Positions 15,462 to 23,679 of a stretch of DNA of 30,079 nt are shown in pieces (positions within the stretch are counted from its first letter, which is position 1; every line of letters begins with the position of its first letter). The position numbers and the translations under genes were made by a program. The stretch lies in the IMG/VR virus record IMGVR_UViG_3300006990_004483, positions 1 through 30,079 of that record. One strand, 5' to 3'. The notes beneath the pieces were generated by a model. It saw nothing but the letters and a program-made list of their open reading frames with translations. It was not told the origin of the DNA and ran no database searches. The stretch comes from a virus. Its lineage: Duplodnaviria; Caudoviricetes.

Positions 15462-16486
15462 AGAAGGTAATCATTACAGGGGTAACAGGTCAAGATGGTA
15501 GCTTTATGGCTGATTATCTCTTGGAGAATACAGAGCATACTGTTGTGGCTGGCGTTCGCAGGTTGAGTGTTAAAAACCATGAGAATATAGCTCATCTACT
15601 AGATAATCCTCGTTTCAAGCTCATTGACTTGGATGTTGCTGACCAAGCTAATACAGAATTGGTGATAGCGGAAGAGAAGCCTGATTATTTTATAAATTTT
15701 GCCGCTAATTCTTTTGTTGGTGTCAGTTGGAGGATGCCAGTCAACCATATGGAGACTAACGCTATGGCTGTTTTATATCAACTTGAGGCTATTCGCAAAT
15801 ATTGCCCAGAATGCAGGTATTATAATGCTGGCTCTTCAGAAGAGTTTGGGGACGTCCAATACTCTCCTCAGTCAGAACTTCACCCTTTACGCCCAAGAAG
15901 CCCTTACGGGGTCTCTAAGGCTAGTGCGAGGCATATGGTGAAGGTCTGGAGGGATTCTTATGATTTATTCGCTATTCAAGGTTGGTTATTCAATCATGAA
16001 GGCACTCGTCGTGGAGAAGAGTTTGTCACCCGAAAAATAACTAAGAATGCAGCTCGTATTAAAAATCAATACCCATCAAGCGAATTTAAGCCTCTTGAAC
16101 TAGGTAATATCGACGCTAAAAGAGATTGGAGCGATTCTGAAGATTTTGTAGAGGGCATTTGGTTGATGTTAAATCAGGAAGAACCTATAGAATATGTTTT
16201 ATCTTCAAATGAGACTCACACCATTAGGGAGTTTGTAGAGCAAGCATTTAATTTTGCTGGGTTTGCTGCTGATAAGTGCGAGTGGGTGGGGGAAGGTGTA
16301 GATGAGAAATACATGCATGAAGGTAGGGTTTTAATGAAGGTCAATCCAAATTTTTATCGCCCCGCCGAAGTAGAATTACTTTGGGGTGATTCTTCTAATG
16401 CTCGCAGGTTTCTTGGTTGGAAGCCTAGAACTGACTTTATAAGATTAGTTGGGAAAATGGTTGCACACGACCTGAAAGAGTGGTAA
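15458..16486 (+). CDS. gmd: GDP-mannose 4,6-dehydratase
   Basis: ITGVTGQDGS, SSEEFG, PRSPYGVSK, FNHE..RRGEEFVTRKIT, LGNIDAKRDW and YRPAEVELLWGD. Confidence 0.95.
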   Translation: MKKVIITGVTGQDGSFMADYLLENTEHTVVAGVRRLSVKNHENIAHLLDNPRFKLIDLDVADQANTELVIAEEKPDYFINFAANSFVGVSWRMPVNHMETNAMAVLYQLEAIRKYCPECRYYNAGSSEEFGDVQYSPQSELHPLRPRSPYGVSKASARHMVKVWRDSYDLFAIQGWLFNHEGTRRGEEFVTRKITKNAARIKNQYPSSEFKPLELGNIDAKRDWSDSEDFVEGIWLMLNQEEPIEYVLSSNETHTIREFVEQAFNFAGFAADKCEWVGEGVDEKYMHEGRVLMKVNPNFYRPAEVELLWGDSSNARRFLGWKPRTDFIRLVGKMVAHDLKEW

Positions 16487-16489
16487 CTT
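16461..16489 (+). promoter_or_regulatory. Putative promoter for the replication operon (TTGCAC-N17-TAACTT with TGn extension, 6 nt before ATG)
   Basis: TTGCAC at 16461-16466, TGG at 16481-16483, TAACTT at 16484-16489 and ATG at 16496. Confidence 0.45.
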
Positions 16490-16495
16490 GATCTT

Positions 16496-16939
16496 ATGCC
16501 AAGAGGTAAGAAGAGATGCCCTAGCTGCGAAACACATGTCGCATCTGGGGCTTCTTCTTGTGACTGCGGCCATGTTTTCAAAAAAAAGAAACCAGCCAAG
16601 CCTAAGATAAAAAAAACAGATATCTTGAAAAGGCTTGTTGAAGAACCCGCAAAAAACAAAAGAATTTTTTACTCAAGAGAAATGAAATTTCTCAACGATT
16701 TGGTGGATAAATATTCTTTAGAATTCATGAATGTTGTAAATTTTCACCGACAGTTCGAATCATTAACTTACTTGAGAAGCCCTAAACTAAAAGAGACGCT
16801 TGACAAAAAATTCAGGGCATTTAATTATGTGGTTGATAAATCGAGATACCCAGAATATAATCTAGGTGAAAAAAGCGGTGAGGACCGATTTGTAGAGAAG
16901 AAAAAGAAGACAATAAAAAATTTTTTAACAGATGAGTAA
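16496..16939 (+). CDS. Hypothetical protein with N-terminal zinc ribbon
   Basis: MPRGKKRCPSC...CDCGHVF; Lys-rich. Confidence 0.7.
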   Translation: MPRGKKRCPSCETHVASGASSCDCGHVFKKKKPAKPKIKKTDILKRLVEEPAKNKRIFYSREMKFLNDLVDKYSLEFMNVVNFHRQFESLTYLRSPKLKETLDKKFRAFNYVVDKSRYPEYNLGEKSGEDRFVEKKKKTIKNFLTDE

Positions 16940-18071
16940 AATGGCCAGTAAAAAAACAGTTGCAACAGTAGATTCTAAAAGTTTATTAAATAATTTTCTG
17001 AAGAGTAATAAAGAGGACCACTTCAATTATGAAGAGCAGATTAATTACAGAGTATCAAGCGGATCTCTTGAGTTTGATCACCACCTAGATGGAGGTTTTG
17101 GACCCGGATTACATAGATTCGTCGGGATGAATGAAGGGGGGAAGACTTCGGCTTCCTTGGAAGTCATGAAGAACTTCTTAAAAATGCCTAAATCAAAAGC
17201 TGTTTATTTTAAAGCGGAAGGTAGGCTTTCGGATGAGATGATAAAGCGTTGCGGGATTAAATTCGTATTTGATTATGAGCAGTGGGAAGAGGGAACATGT
17301 TTTGTCTTTGAGTCTAATATTTATGAAACATCAGTAGATTTAATGAGGCAATTAGTCTCTTCAAATGAAGAGAAGAATAAATATTGTTTCGTTTTAGATT
17401 CTGTAGATGGTTTGATCAAAAAAGCAGATAACCAAAAAACATTTGAAGAGTCTGCTCAAGTGGCTGGGGGAGCAAATATTGCTGCTACTTTTATGAAGAA
17501 GATGTCTATCGCTCTTGCAAAGAGGGGACATATAGCCATCTTTATCTCTCAGGTTAGAGCTGACATCAAGTTAGATCCTTACTCTAAGGCTCCTGTTCGC
17601 CAGACAACCGCTACAGGTGGAAACGCTTTGTTGCACTTTGCAAACTGGATCATTGAATTCGAACCTCGGTTTGGCGGGGATAACATACTGCTTAATCCAT
17701 CTAATAAAAAAATGGACCCTAAAACTAATCCAGCCATAGGGCATTATGCTAAGGTTGTTGTTAAGAAATCTCCAAACGAGAAGACTAACACTAGAATATC
17801 TTACCCTATTCGTTACGGAAGAACTGGAGGCAATTCAATTTGGGTAGAGAAAGAGGTCGTAGGAACCCTTGAAGCTTGGGAATTTATCAAAAAAGCTGGG
17901 GCTTGGATTTCAATTACAGAAGATTTTAGAGAGATTCTAAATGAAGGAGGTTTCTCACTTCCAGAAAAAGTTCAAGGAGAGAATAAATTATTTTCTCTGA
18001 TCGAAGATGACTCAGCTCTCTGTCAATATCTGGTAGCTTATTTTAAGAAAATGTTTAGCGGTCAAGAATGA
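16932..18071 (+). CDS. recA: RecA/UvsX-like recombinase
   Basis: VSSGSLEFDHHLDGG, Walker A GMNEGGKT, KAE catalytic Glu, VLDSV, FISQVR and TGGNALLHFA. Confidence 0.9.
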   Translation: MSKMASKKTVATVDSKSLLNNFLKSNKEDHFNYEEQINYRVSSGSLEFDHHLDGGFGPGLHRFVGMNEGGKTSASLEVMKNFLKMPKSKAVYFKAEGRLSDEMIKRCGIKFVFDYEQWEEGTCFVFESNIYETSVDLMRQLVSSNEEKNKYCFVLDSVDGLIKKADNQKTFEESAQVAGGANIAATFMKKMSIALAKRGHIAIFISQVRADIKLDPYSKAPVRQTTATGGNALLHFANWIIEFEPRFGGDNILLNPSNKKMDPKTNPAIGHYAKVVVKKSPNEKTNTRISYPIRYGRTGGNSIWVEKEVVGTLEAWEFIKKAGAWISITEDFREILNEGGFSLPEKVQGENKLFSLIEDDSALCQYLVAYFKKMFSGQE

Positions 18072-18475
18072 AATTTTATTCTGTAGATGGTAAACTTAGG
18101 AATCTTAAAAACCCTAGAAAATATCATATAGATTGGGATTCTTCTAGTAGGAGCAAGTTTCAGAAAAGCGTTAAAGATTTTCTCTACCCATACTGGGGTA
18201 ACGATGTAGTTTTTGAAGAGTTTCGGATAGTAGGCTCTCGATTGTCTTTAGACTTTTACAACGCTAACAAAAGGATTGCTATTGAAGTGCAAGGCGCTCA
18301 GCATACAAAGTATGTCAAACATTTTCATAAAAATAGGTACAAGTTTTTAGACCAACTTAAAAGGGATCAGAAAAAGCTCGACTTCTGTGAGATAAACGAT
18401 ATAAAGTTGGTAGAGATATATCCTAATGACACGGTAGACCAATCATTTTTTGAGAATCAAGATATTTATTTATGA
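18068..18475 (+). CDS. PD-(D/E)XK endonuclease, Vsr/DUF559-like
   Basis: EEF...LSLDFY...IAIEVQGAQH...RDQKKLDFC...IKLVEI. Confidence 0.8.
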   Translation: MKFYSVDGKLRNLKNPRKYHIDWDSSSRSKFQKSVKDFLYPYWGNDVVFEEFRIVGSRLSLDFYNANKRIAIEVQGAQHTKYVKHFHKNRYKFLDQLKRDQKKLDFCEINDIKLVEIYPNDTVDQSFFENQDIYL

Positions 18476-18702
18476 GCGAAGATAAAGAAGCGTTTTCAAT
18501 CCCACAAGGGTTTGTAGAAAAGATTTACGAGATATCTGGCGACTCAGATAAATATAAAGGAGTGATCATGGTCGCGGCTAATGAATCTGGAGATCCAATT
18601 GTGTATAGCAAATTCGACTCTACGATAACAGAATTAGGTCTAACAAAAGCTTTACATCAGTATTTATATAGGGTAGACAAAGAACCTGAAGAGGACTTAT
18701 GA
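18472..18702 (+). CDS. Hypothetical protein
   Basis: 76-aa ORF coupled by 4-nt overlaps to both neighbours. Confidence 0.7.
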   Translation: MSEDKEAFSIPQGFVEKIYEISGDSDKYKGVIMVAANESGDPIVYSKFDSTITELGLTKALHQYLYRVDKEPEEDL

Positions 18703-20237
18703 TTTACAGTTATGAACTAGAAAGACAGCTTTTAGCTGGGCTGTTGAGAGATCCTCAGTCTTTGATTGAGATTTCTAATTTTATTAGTCACAAAGACTTT
18801 TATTCTGAGACATCTCTTTTACATGCTACCATCTTTAGAATCATCAAACAGTCTGTTGATGCTGGTGAGGAAGTAGATAATATTATTCTAGCTCAGAGAG
18901 TTAACGAGGTAGGTCTTAGTTTTGAAGGTGATGTCACTCCAGCTGAGTATATTAAGTCTCTGGCGATGAGGTCAGTCCCTTCGGGGAATCTATTAAAAAC
19001 ATGTAAGGAAGTTAAGAAGTATTCAATTAGAAGAGAGATTGTAGAGTCCTCTGAATTGATAGCTAAGAAGATGAAGGGGATGGCCCCAGAATCTTCGTAT
19101 AGAGAGATCGTAGAAACTGCTGATCAGATCTATAATTCTAGAATAAATCTGTTTGATATCGGAAATGATGTTCCCGAAAACATCTATAATGATATGGAGC
19201 ATATGATTGAGGAGAGGGGCAATAATCCAATTGAAGAATTTGGAATGATGGGTCCACATAAGAAAGTCAATGACATCTATGGCTCTCTACTTAGACCCGG
19301 AAACATAACTGTCATTGTAGCTCGTTCTGGAGTAGGGAAAACACAATTCTGCATGGACTACGCTACTAAAGTAGCTTTAAAATACGACGTTCCAGTCCTA
19401 CACTTTGATAACGGTGAGATGAGTAAAGAGGAACTTATAATGAGGCAATGTGCAGCGCACTCTGGAGTTCCGATGCATTTGTTGGAGAGTGGTAAATGGA
19501 GAAATGCTGGAGAACAGGTTGTCAATAAAGTTAGATCTGTTTGGTCTAAAGTCCAAAACCTTAGATTTTACTACTATAATGTTGGCGGCATGGATGTTGA
19601 CGTTATGATCAATACCTTAAAAAGGTTTTACTATTCTACTGTCGGCAGGGGTAACAAGATGGTATTTTCTTTTGACTATATCAAAACCACAAATAATTCT
19701 TCAGCAAATAAGAATGAGTGGCAGGTTGTTGGGGAAATGGTTGATAAATTTAAGAGGTGTATCCAAAAAGAGATCCTTGAGGATGGAGACCCGGTAATAC
19801 CCATGATAACTTCTGTTCAATCAAATAGAAGTGGTATCACTACAAACAGAAACTCTCAGAATATAATTGATGATGAGAGTATTGTATCCCTTTCAGACAG
19901 AATCACTCAGTTTTGTTCTCACATGTTTATTATTAGGCGTAAGACTGAAGATGAGATTCAGTTAGAGGGAGATAGGTTTGGTACTCACAAAATGATCAGT
20001 GTTAAGTATCGAAGTTTGGGCAGGGATATTGCTGGCGCTATCGAACCAGTGCAGGTGGAAGACTCTCTTCGTAAAAACTTTATCAATTTAAATTTTAATA
20101 ATTTTAATATTTCAGAAAGGGGCGACTTAAGAGACATTGTCGCTGTTCAAAATGGAGAAGCACTATTAGATGACAGTATACCAGATGCACCAGCAAGACA
20201 AGAGACAGAAGACGCCCCAGAACTTGGTTCCTTCTGA
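18699..20237 (+). CDS. dnaB: Replicative DNA helicase (DnaB-like, SF4)
   Basis: N-terminal ERQLLAGLL..DFY, Walker A ARSGVGKT, NGEMSKEEL, FDY and VQSNR. Confidence 0.93.
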   Translation: MIYSYELERQLLAGLLRDPQSLIEISNFISHKDFYSETSLLHATIFRIIKQSVDAGEEVDNIILAQRVNEVGLSFEGDVTPAEYIKSLAMRSVPSGNLLKTCKEVKKYSIRREIVESSELIAKKMKGMAPESSYREIVETADQIYNSRINLFDIGNDVPENIYNDMEHMIEERGNNPIEEFGMMGPHKKVNDIYGSLLRPGNITVIVARSGVGKTQFCMDYATKVALKYDVPVLHFDNGEMSKEELIMRQCAAHSGVPMHLLESGKWRNAGEQVVNKVRSVWSKVQNLRFYYYNVGGMDVDVMINTLKRFYYSTVGRGNKMVFSFDYIKTTNNSSANKNEWQVVGEMVDKFKRCIQKEILEDGDPVIPMITSVQSNRSGITTNRNSQNIIDDESIVSLSDRITQFCSHMFIIRRKTEDEIQLEGDRFGTHKMISVKYRSLGRDIAGAIEPVQVEDSLRKNFINLNFNNFNISERGDLRDIVAVQNGEALLDDSIPDAPARQETEDAPELGSF

Positions 20238-21255
20238 AGAGTTTGAGAGGGTTTTGGTTTCAATAGGCTATAAGCTCATTGATTGTGGCGATCATTGGAG
20301 GTCACAAGCTTTATACAGAAACGGAGATAACGCTACAGCTTTAAAGATTTATAAGAATACTGGAGTATGGATGGATTTTGTGGAGCCTAAGGGATCTCTT
20401 CCTTTTGAAGCTCTAGTCAGAATGACTGTTGGTGATAATGGAAAGTTTTCTGAGACTCTAAAAAAGATCAAAAGCGATAAAGCTTATATAGCTCCAAGAG
20501 TAGATAAGATAGAAATGGAAAAATGCTACCCAGAGGATTGCTTAGATAAGTTATTCCCTAACTACAAATTTTATAAAGACAAAGGCATATCGGAGCAGAC
20601 GCAACTAGCTTTCAAAGTAGGTTTAGCTGGAGTCGGTAAGATGTATCGGAGAATGGTATTCCCAATATACAACCAAAATAAGCAGATTATTGGTTTCTCT
20701 GGCCGGAAGATAGATGATAATAATGATTATGCTAAGTGGAAGCATATAGGCAAAAAGAATACTTGGGTTTATCCAGCCTGTGTAGAAGGCAACGAATGTA
20801 GCTCGGAGATTGATAAGCTCGGCCAAGTTATTTTAGTTGAGAGTATAGGTGATGCTATGGCTCTGTATGATCAAGGCGTCAAAAACATCTTAGTCTTATT
20901 CGGGTTGTCTGCCAGTCCAAGCATTATTAATTATCTCTCAAGTAAGGTTTTGGATAACATTTACATTTCTACCAATAACGATTCGAATTCTTCTCAGAAC
21001 AGAGGTTTGATAGCTGCGATAAAAAACTATTTAAAGTTAGCTAAACGTTTTGATTTAAATGTCCTTACTATCAAACTCCCACAAAACGGTAATGATTTTG
21101 GAGAAATGTATCAGAGTGGTTATAATATCAATAACTGGATTGATAGACACATAGATCAACAAGAGCAAAAAGATTACATTTGTAATTACGTCTCCAAAAA
21201 CCCTCGGCTGTTTACTAAAGCTGAAAATAGCATGGCTAAGAAATTAAATGATTGA
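20170..21255 (+). CDS. dnaG: DNA primase (DnaG-like, TOPRIM); start uncertain, possibly TTG at 20224
   Basis: RMVFPIYN..IIGFSGR, KWKH, ILVESIGDAMAL, TNND and NDFGE. Confidence 0.88.
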   Translation: MTVYQMHQQDKRQKTPQNLVPSEEFERVLVSIGYKLIDCGDHWRSQALYRNGDNATALKIYKNTGVWMDFVEPKGSLPFEALVRMTVGDNGKFSETLKKIKSDKAYIAPRVDKIEMEKCYPEDCLDKLFPNYKFYKDKGISEQTQLAFKVGLAGVGKMYRRMVFPIYNQNKQIIGFSGRKIDDNNDYAKWKHIGKKNTWVYPACVEGNECSSEIDKLGQVILVESIGDAMALYDQGVKNILVLFGLSASPSIINYLSSKVLDNIYISTNNDSNSSQNRGLIAAIKNYLKLAKRFDLNVLTIKLPQNGNDFGEMYQSGYNINNWIDRHIDQQEQKDYICNYVSKNPRLFTKAENSMAKKLND

Positions 21256-22273
21256 ACCTAAAACAGCTCTATCCGCAAGTAGAATCAAGACCGCTCAAGG
21301 ATGTTCTTGGTTATATTGGTGCAAGTATAAACTTAAACTGCCAGATACCAGTAATGATGGAGCTAGAAGAGGTTCTATATGCCACTTGATTTTTGAAGTG
21401 CTTGGTGAACCTCGCCACAGAAAGCATTATGACGAAATCATGCAAAAGCATGATATCTTCTCTGTTCCTTGTGTTGAGCGTCTAGTAATGAAACACGCTC
21501 GTCGAGAGGGTGTGGATGATGAAGAGAATATCCAAATGATTAAGGAGATGACCTTCAATGGTTTAAGTTATGATTTTTTTGGTTACGATTTGGATGACCC
21601 GACAGAAGAGCTTTCTGAGCAGGATTTTGATATAGTTAAAAACGATGGAGACATCGCTTACAGGATTAGGGGTTTTATCGACAAACTCTTTCTTTATAAG
21701 AAGCAAAAATTCGCCCTCATCAGAGACTTCAAAACTAGTAAAGAGGTCTTCAAAGGCAAGGATGCTGAAGACAATATGCAGGATTTGATGTATAGCTTGG
21801 CTAGTCAACATTTATTTCCTGAGTACAAAAATAAACAGAGTGAATTTCTTTTTGTCAAATTCGATTTAGATCCTAACGCTAAAAAAAGTGGTGTTATGAG
21901 AATGGAGCCATTGAGTGATGAGGATCTTCTAGGCTTTGAAATGCAGCTAACTGAGATCCAACAATACTTAGATAATTTTTCCGAAGAGGACGCTGTATCT
22001 AACATGGCCGCAGACAAAGGGTTTCCGACGGATAGCTCCTTTAGTGGACGGCTGCTTTGTGGCTTCGCGAAACAAAAAGGAGAGTTAAAAAAAGACGGCA
22101 ACATAAAATGGCATTGTTCCATGAAGTTTGATTTCTTTTATTATTTATTCAAGAACCGGGATGGCCAAACTGTAGGTTCTTGTTTCGAGGAGGAGTTCTC
22201 TAAAGATATCGTCCCAGAAGGCTGTACCTACGAAATACAATATTATAAGGGTTGCCCGTCTCATTGTTCTTGA
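21248..22273 (+). CDS. PD-(D/E)XK exonuclease, Cas4/AddB/RecB-like
   Basis: LSASRIK...C, GSICH, IRGFIDKL, IRDFKTSK, MQDLMY, and C-terminal Cys residues (LLCGF, WHCS, GCP). Confidence 0.85.
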   Translation: MIEPKTALSASRIKTAQGCSWLYWCKYKLKLPDTSNDGARRGSICHLIFEVLGEPRHRKHYDEIMQKHDIFSVPCVERLVMKHARREGVDDEENIQMIKEMTFNGLSYDFFGYDLDDPTEELSEQDFDIVKNDGDIAYRIRGFIDKLFLYKKQKFALIRDFKTSKEVFKGKDAEDNMQDLMYSLASQHLFPEYKNKQSEFLFVKFDLDPNAKKSGVMRMEPLSDEDLLGFEMQLTEIQQYLDNFSEEDAVSNMAADKGFPTDSSFSGRLLCGFAKQKGELKKDGNIKWHCSMKFDFFYYLFKNRDGQTVGSCFEEEFSKDIVPEGCTYEIQYYKGCPSHCS

Positions 22274-22297
22274 TTTCTTTGTGGACCTCTGTAAACT
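22270..22297 (+). promoter_or_regulatory. Putative sigma70-type promoter for the polymerase genes (TTGATT-N16-TAAACT)
   Basis: Occupies the 33-nt intergenic gap and ends 9 nt before the ATG at 22307. Confidence 0.55.
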
Positions 22298-22306
22298 AAA
22301 GGGGTA

Positions 22307-23050
22307 ATGACCCCTGTATTTAGATCCACATACTCTTACGGCAAAAGCATTTTAACTTTAGACGGAAAGTCAAAGGAATTTGGAGCGGATTCCTTGGTTG
22401 ATATTTGCCTTAGTAATAACATCAAGGATGTTGTTTTGGTAGAAGATAATCTGACAAGCTTTATGAAAGCTTTTAAGGTTTGCTCAAGCAATGACCTTAA
22501 CTTGTATTATGGATTAAGGCTTACTTTCTGCAACGATATGCATGAAGAGTCGTCAAGCTCTAATCATAAAAACATTATCTTTGCTAAGACTGACGAAGGA
22601 TGTAAACTTTTGAACAAAATATACTCTTGTGCTTTTACAGAGGGTGATGGGCGAATAGATTATCCTACATTTAAGAAGTACTGGGATAAAACATCACTGT
22701 CGTTTGTCGTTCCATTTTATGATAGCTATATATATGAGAATAACTTCCATCAAAAGAATTGCATCCCTGATTTAGAAGGCTTAGATCCTGTGTTTTGGTC
22801 CGAGAGTAACGATTTACCTTTCGACCATTTACTGGATATCAAGGTCCAAGAAGCTACAAAAAGAAAGCAATATAGGGTTGCTAAAGTTAAAACGATCCTA
22901 TATAAAGAGAAAAAGGATGTCGAAGCTCTTCAAACTTACAAGATTCTTTCTACCAGATCTTTTGGAAGGCCGTCAACACTTAGCAGCCCAGATTTAAACC
23001 ATTTTGGCAGTCAAGAATTCTGTTTTGAAAGTTACCTTGAACAATCATGA
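22307..23050 (+). CDS. Stand-alone PHP domain of DNA polymerase III alpha (metal ligands degenerate)
   Basis: STYS, VVLVED.L.SF..AF, YYGLRL and IIFAKTDEGCKLLNKIYS.A match the DnaE PHP region (xLLAKNxxGYxNLxxLxSxA); the HxH motif is absent. Confidence 0.8.
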   Translation: MTPVFRSTYSYGKSILTLDGKSKEFGADSLVDICLSNNIKDVVLVEDNLTSFMKAFKVCSSNDLNLYYGLRLTFCNDMHEESSSSNHKNIIFAKTDEGCKLLNKIYSCAFTEGDGRIDYPTFKKYWDKTSLSFVVPFYDSYIYENNFHQKNCIPDLEGLDPVFWSESNDLPFDHLLDIKVQEATKRKQYRVAKVKTILYKEKKDVEALQTYKILSTRSFGRPSTLSSPDLNHFGSQEFCFESYLEQS

Positions 23051-23679
23051 ATGATCAACTATTAAGATTTGATAAGAATCAAAGATATCTCGTATTAGAT
23101 ACTGAGACCGAAGGCTTGAACCTTGTCAAATCAAGACCATACCAAGTATCTTGGATCATTGCTCAAGGAGATAGGGTTCTAGAGAAGAATGATAGGTATC
23201 TTTGGTGGTCTGACCTACAGATGTCAGAGGGGGCGGTTAGAACAAATAAATTTAAGTATGACTACTATAAATCAAGGGCTGAAGATCCAAAAAGTGTGTG
23301 GGAGGATTTCTCTAAAGAACTCTACAATCCAGAATACAAAGTTGTGGGGCAGAACCTTCTAGGCTTTGATGTTTACATGATCAACGTGTGGAGGAAATTG
23401 ATGGGTTTGGGATCTGACCACTCTTATGTGGATAGAATTATAGATACCTTGAGTTTAGCTAGAGCTATAGCAAAAGAGGATGAACCTAATTTTGATAATT
23501 TCATGTGTTGGCAGTATGGGTGGAACAACTTTTTCCAGAGGGGCTTGAGAGCAGGGCAAGCCACCCTACTCAAGAAATATAACATCCCGCACGATAAAGA
23601 TAGATTACATGACGCTCTTTACGATATCGAGATGAACTTCAAGATCTTCAGAAAGCAATTATACGATATAGAATTATGA
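23047..23679 (+). CDS. DEDDh 3'-5' exonuclease (DnaQ/epsilon-like)
   Basis: ExoI VLDTETEGL, ExoII GQNLLGFD, IDTL and ExoIII LHDALYDI. Confidence 0.92.
   Translation: MNDQLLRFDKNQRYLVLDTETEGLNLVKSRPYQVSWIIAQGDRVLEKNDRYLWWSDLQMSEGAVRTNKFKYDYYKSRAEDPKSVWEDFSKELYNPEYKVVGQNLLGFDVYMINVWRKLMGLGSDHSYVDRIIDTLSLARAIAKEDEPNFDNFMCWQYGWNNFFQRGLRAGQATLLKKYNIPHDKDRLHDALYDIEMNFKIFRKQLYDIEL

Noticed and set aside
12074-16659. ORFs 12074-12400(-), 15380-15595(-), 15699-15941(+) and 16354-16659(-)
   Set aside because: Overlap real genes on the opposite strand or in an alternative frame; lengths are in the range expected by chance.
16800-16827. TTGACA upstream of recA
   Set aside because: No TAnnnT -10 element at 16-18 nt spacing.
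20224-20240. Programmed +1 frameshift fusing DnaB and primase at TTC-TGA
   Set aside because: The primase is in the +1 frame, but there is no good re-pairing codon or RF2-type CTT-TGA with upstream SD; an overlapping start is simpler.
21248-22273. CRISPR-Cas system suggested by the Cas4-like nuclease
   Set aside because: No repeat-spacer array or other cas genes are visible in the window.
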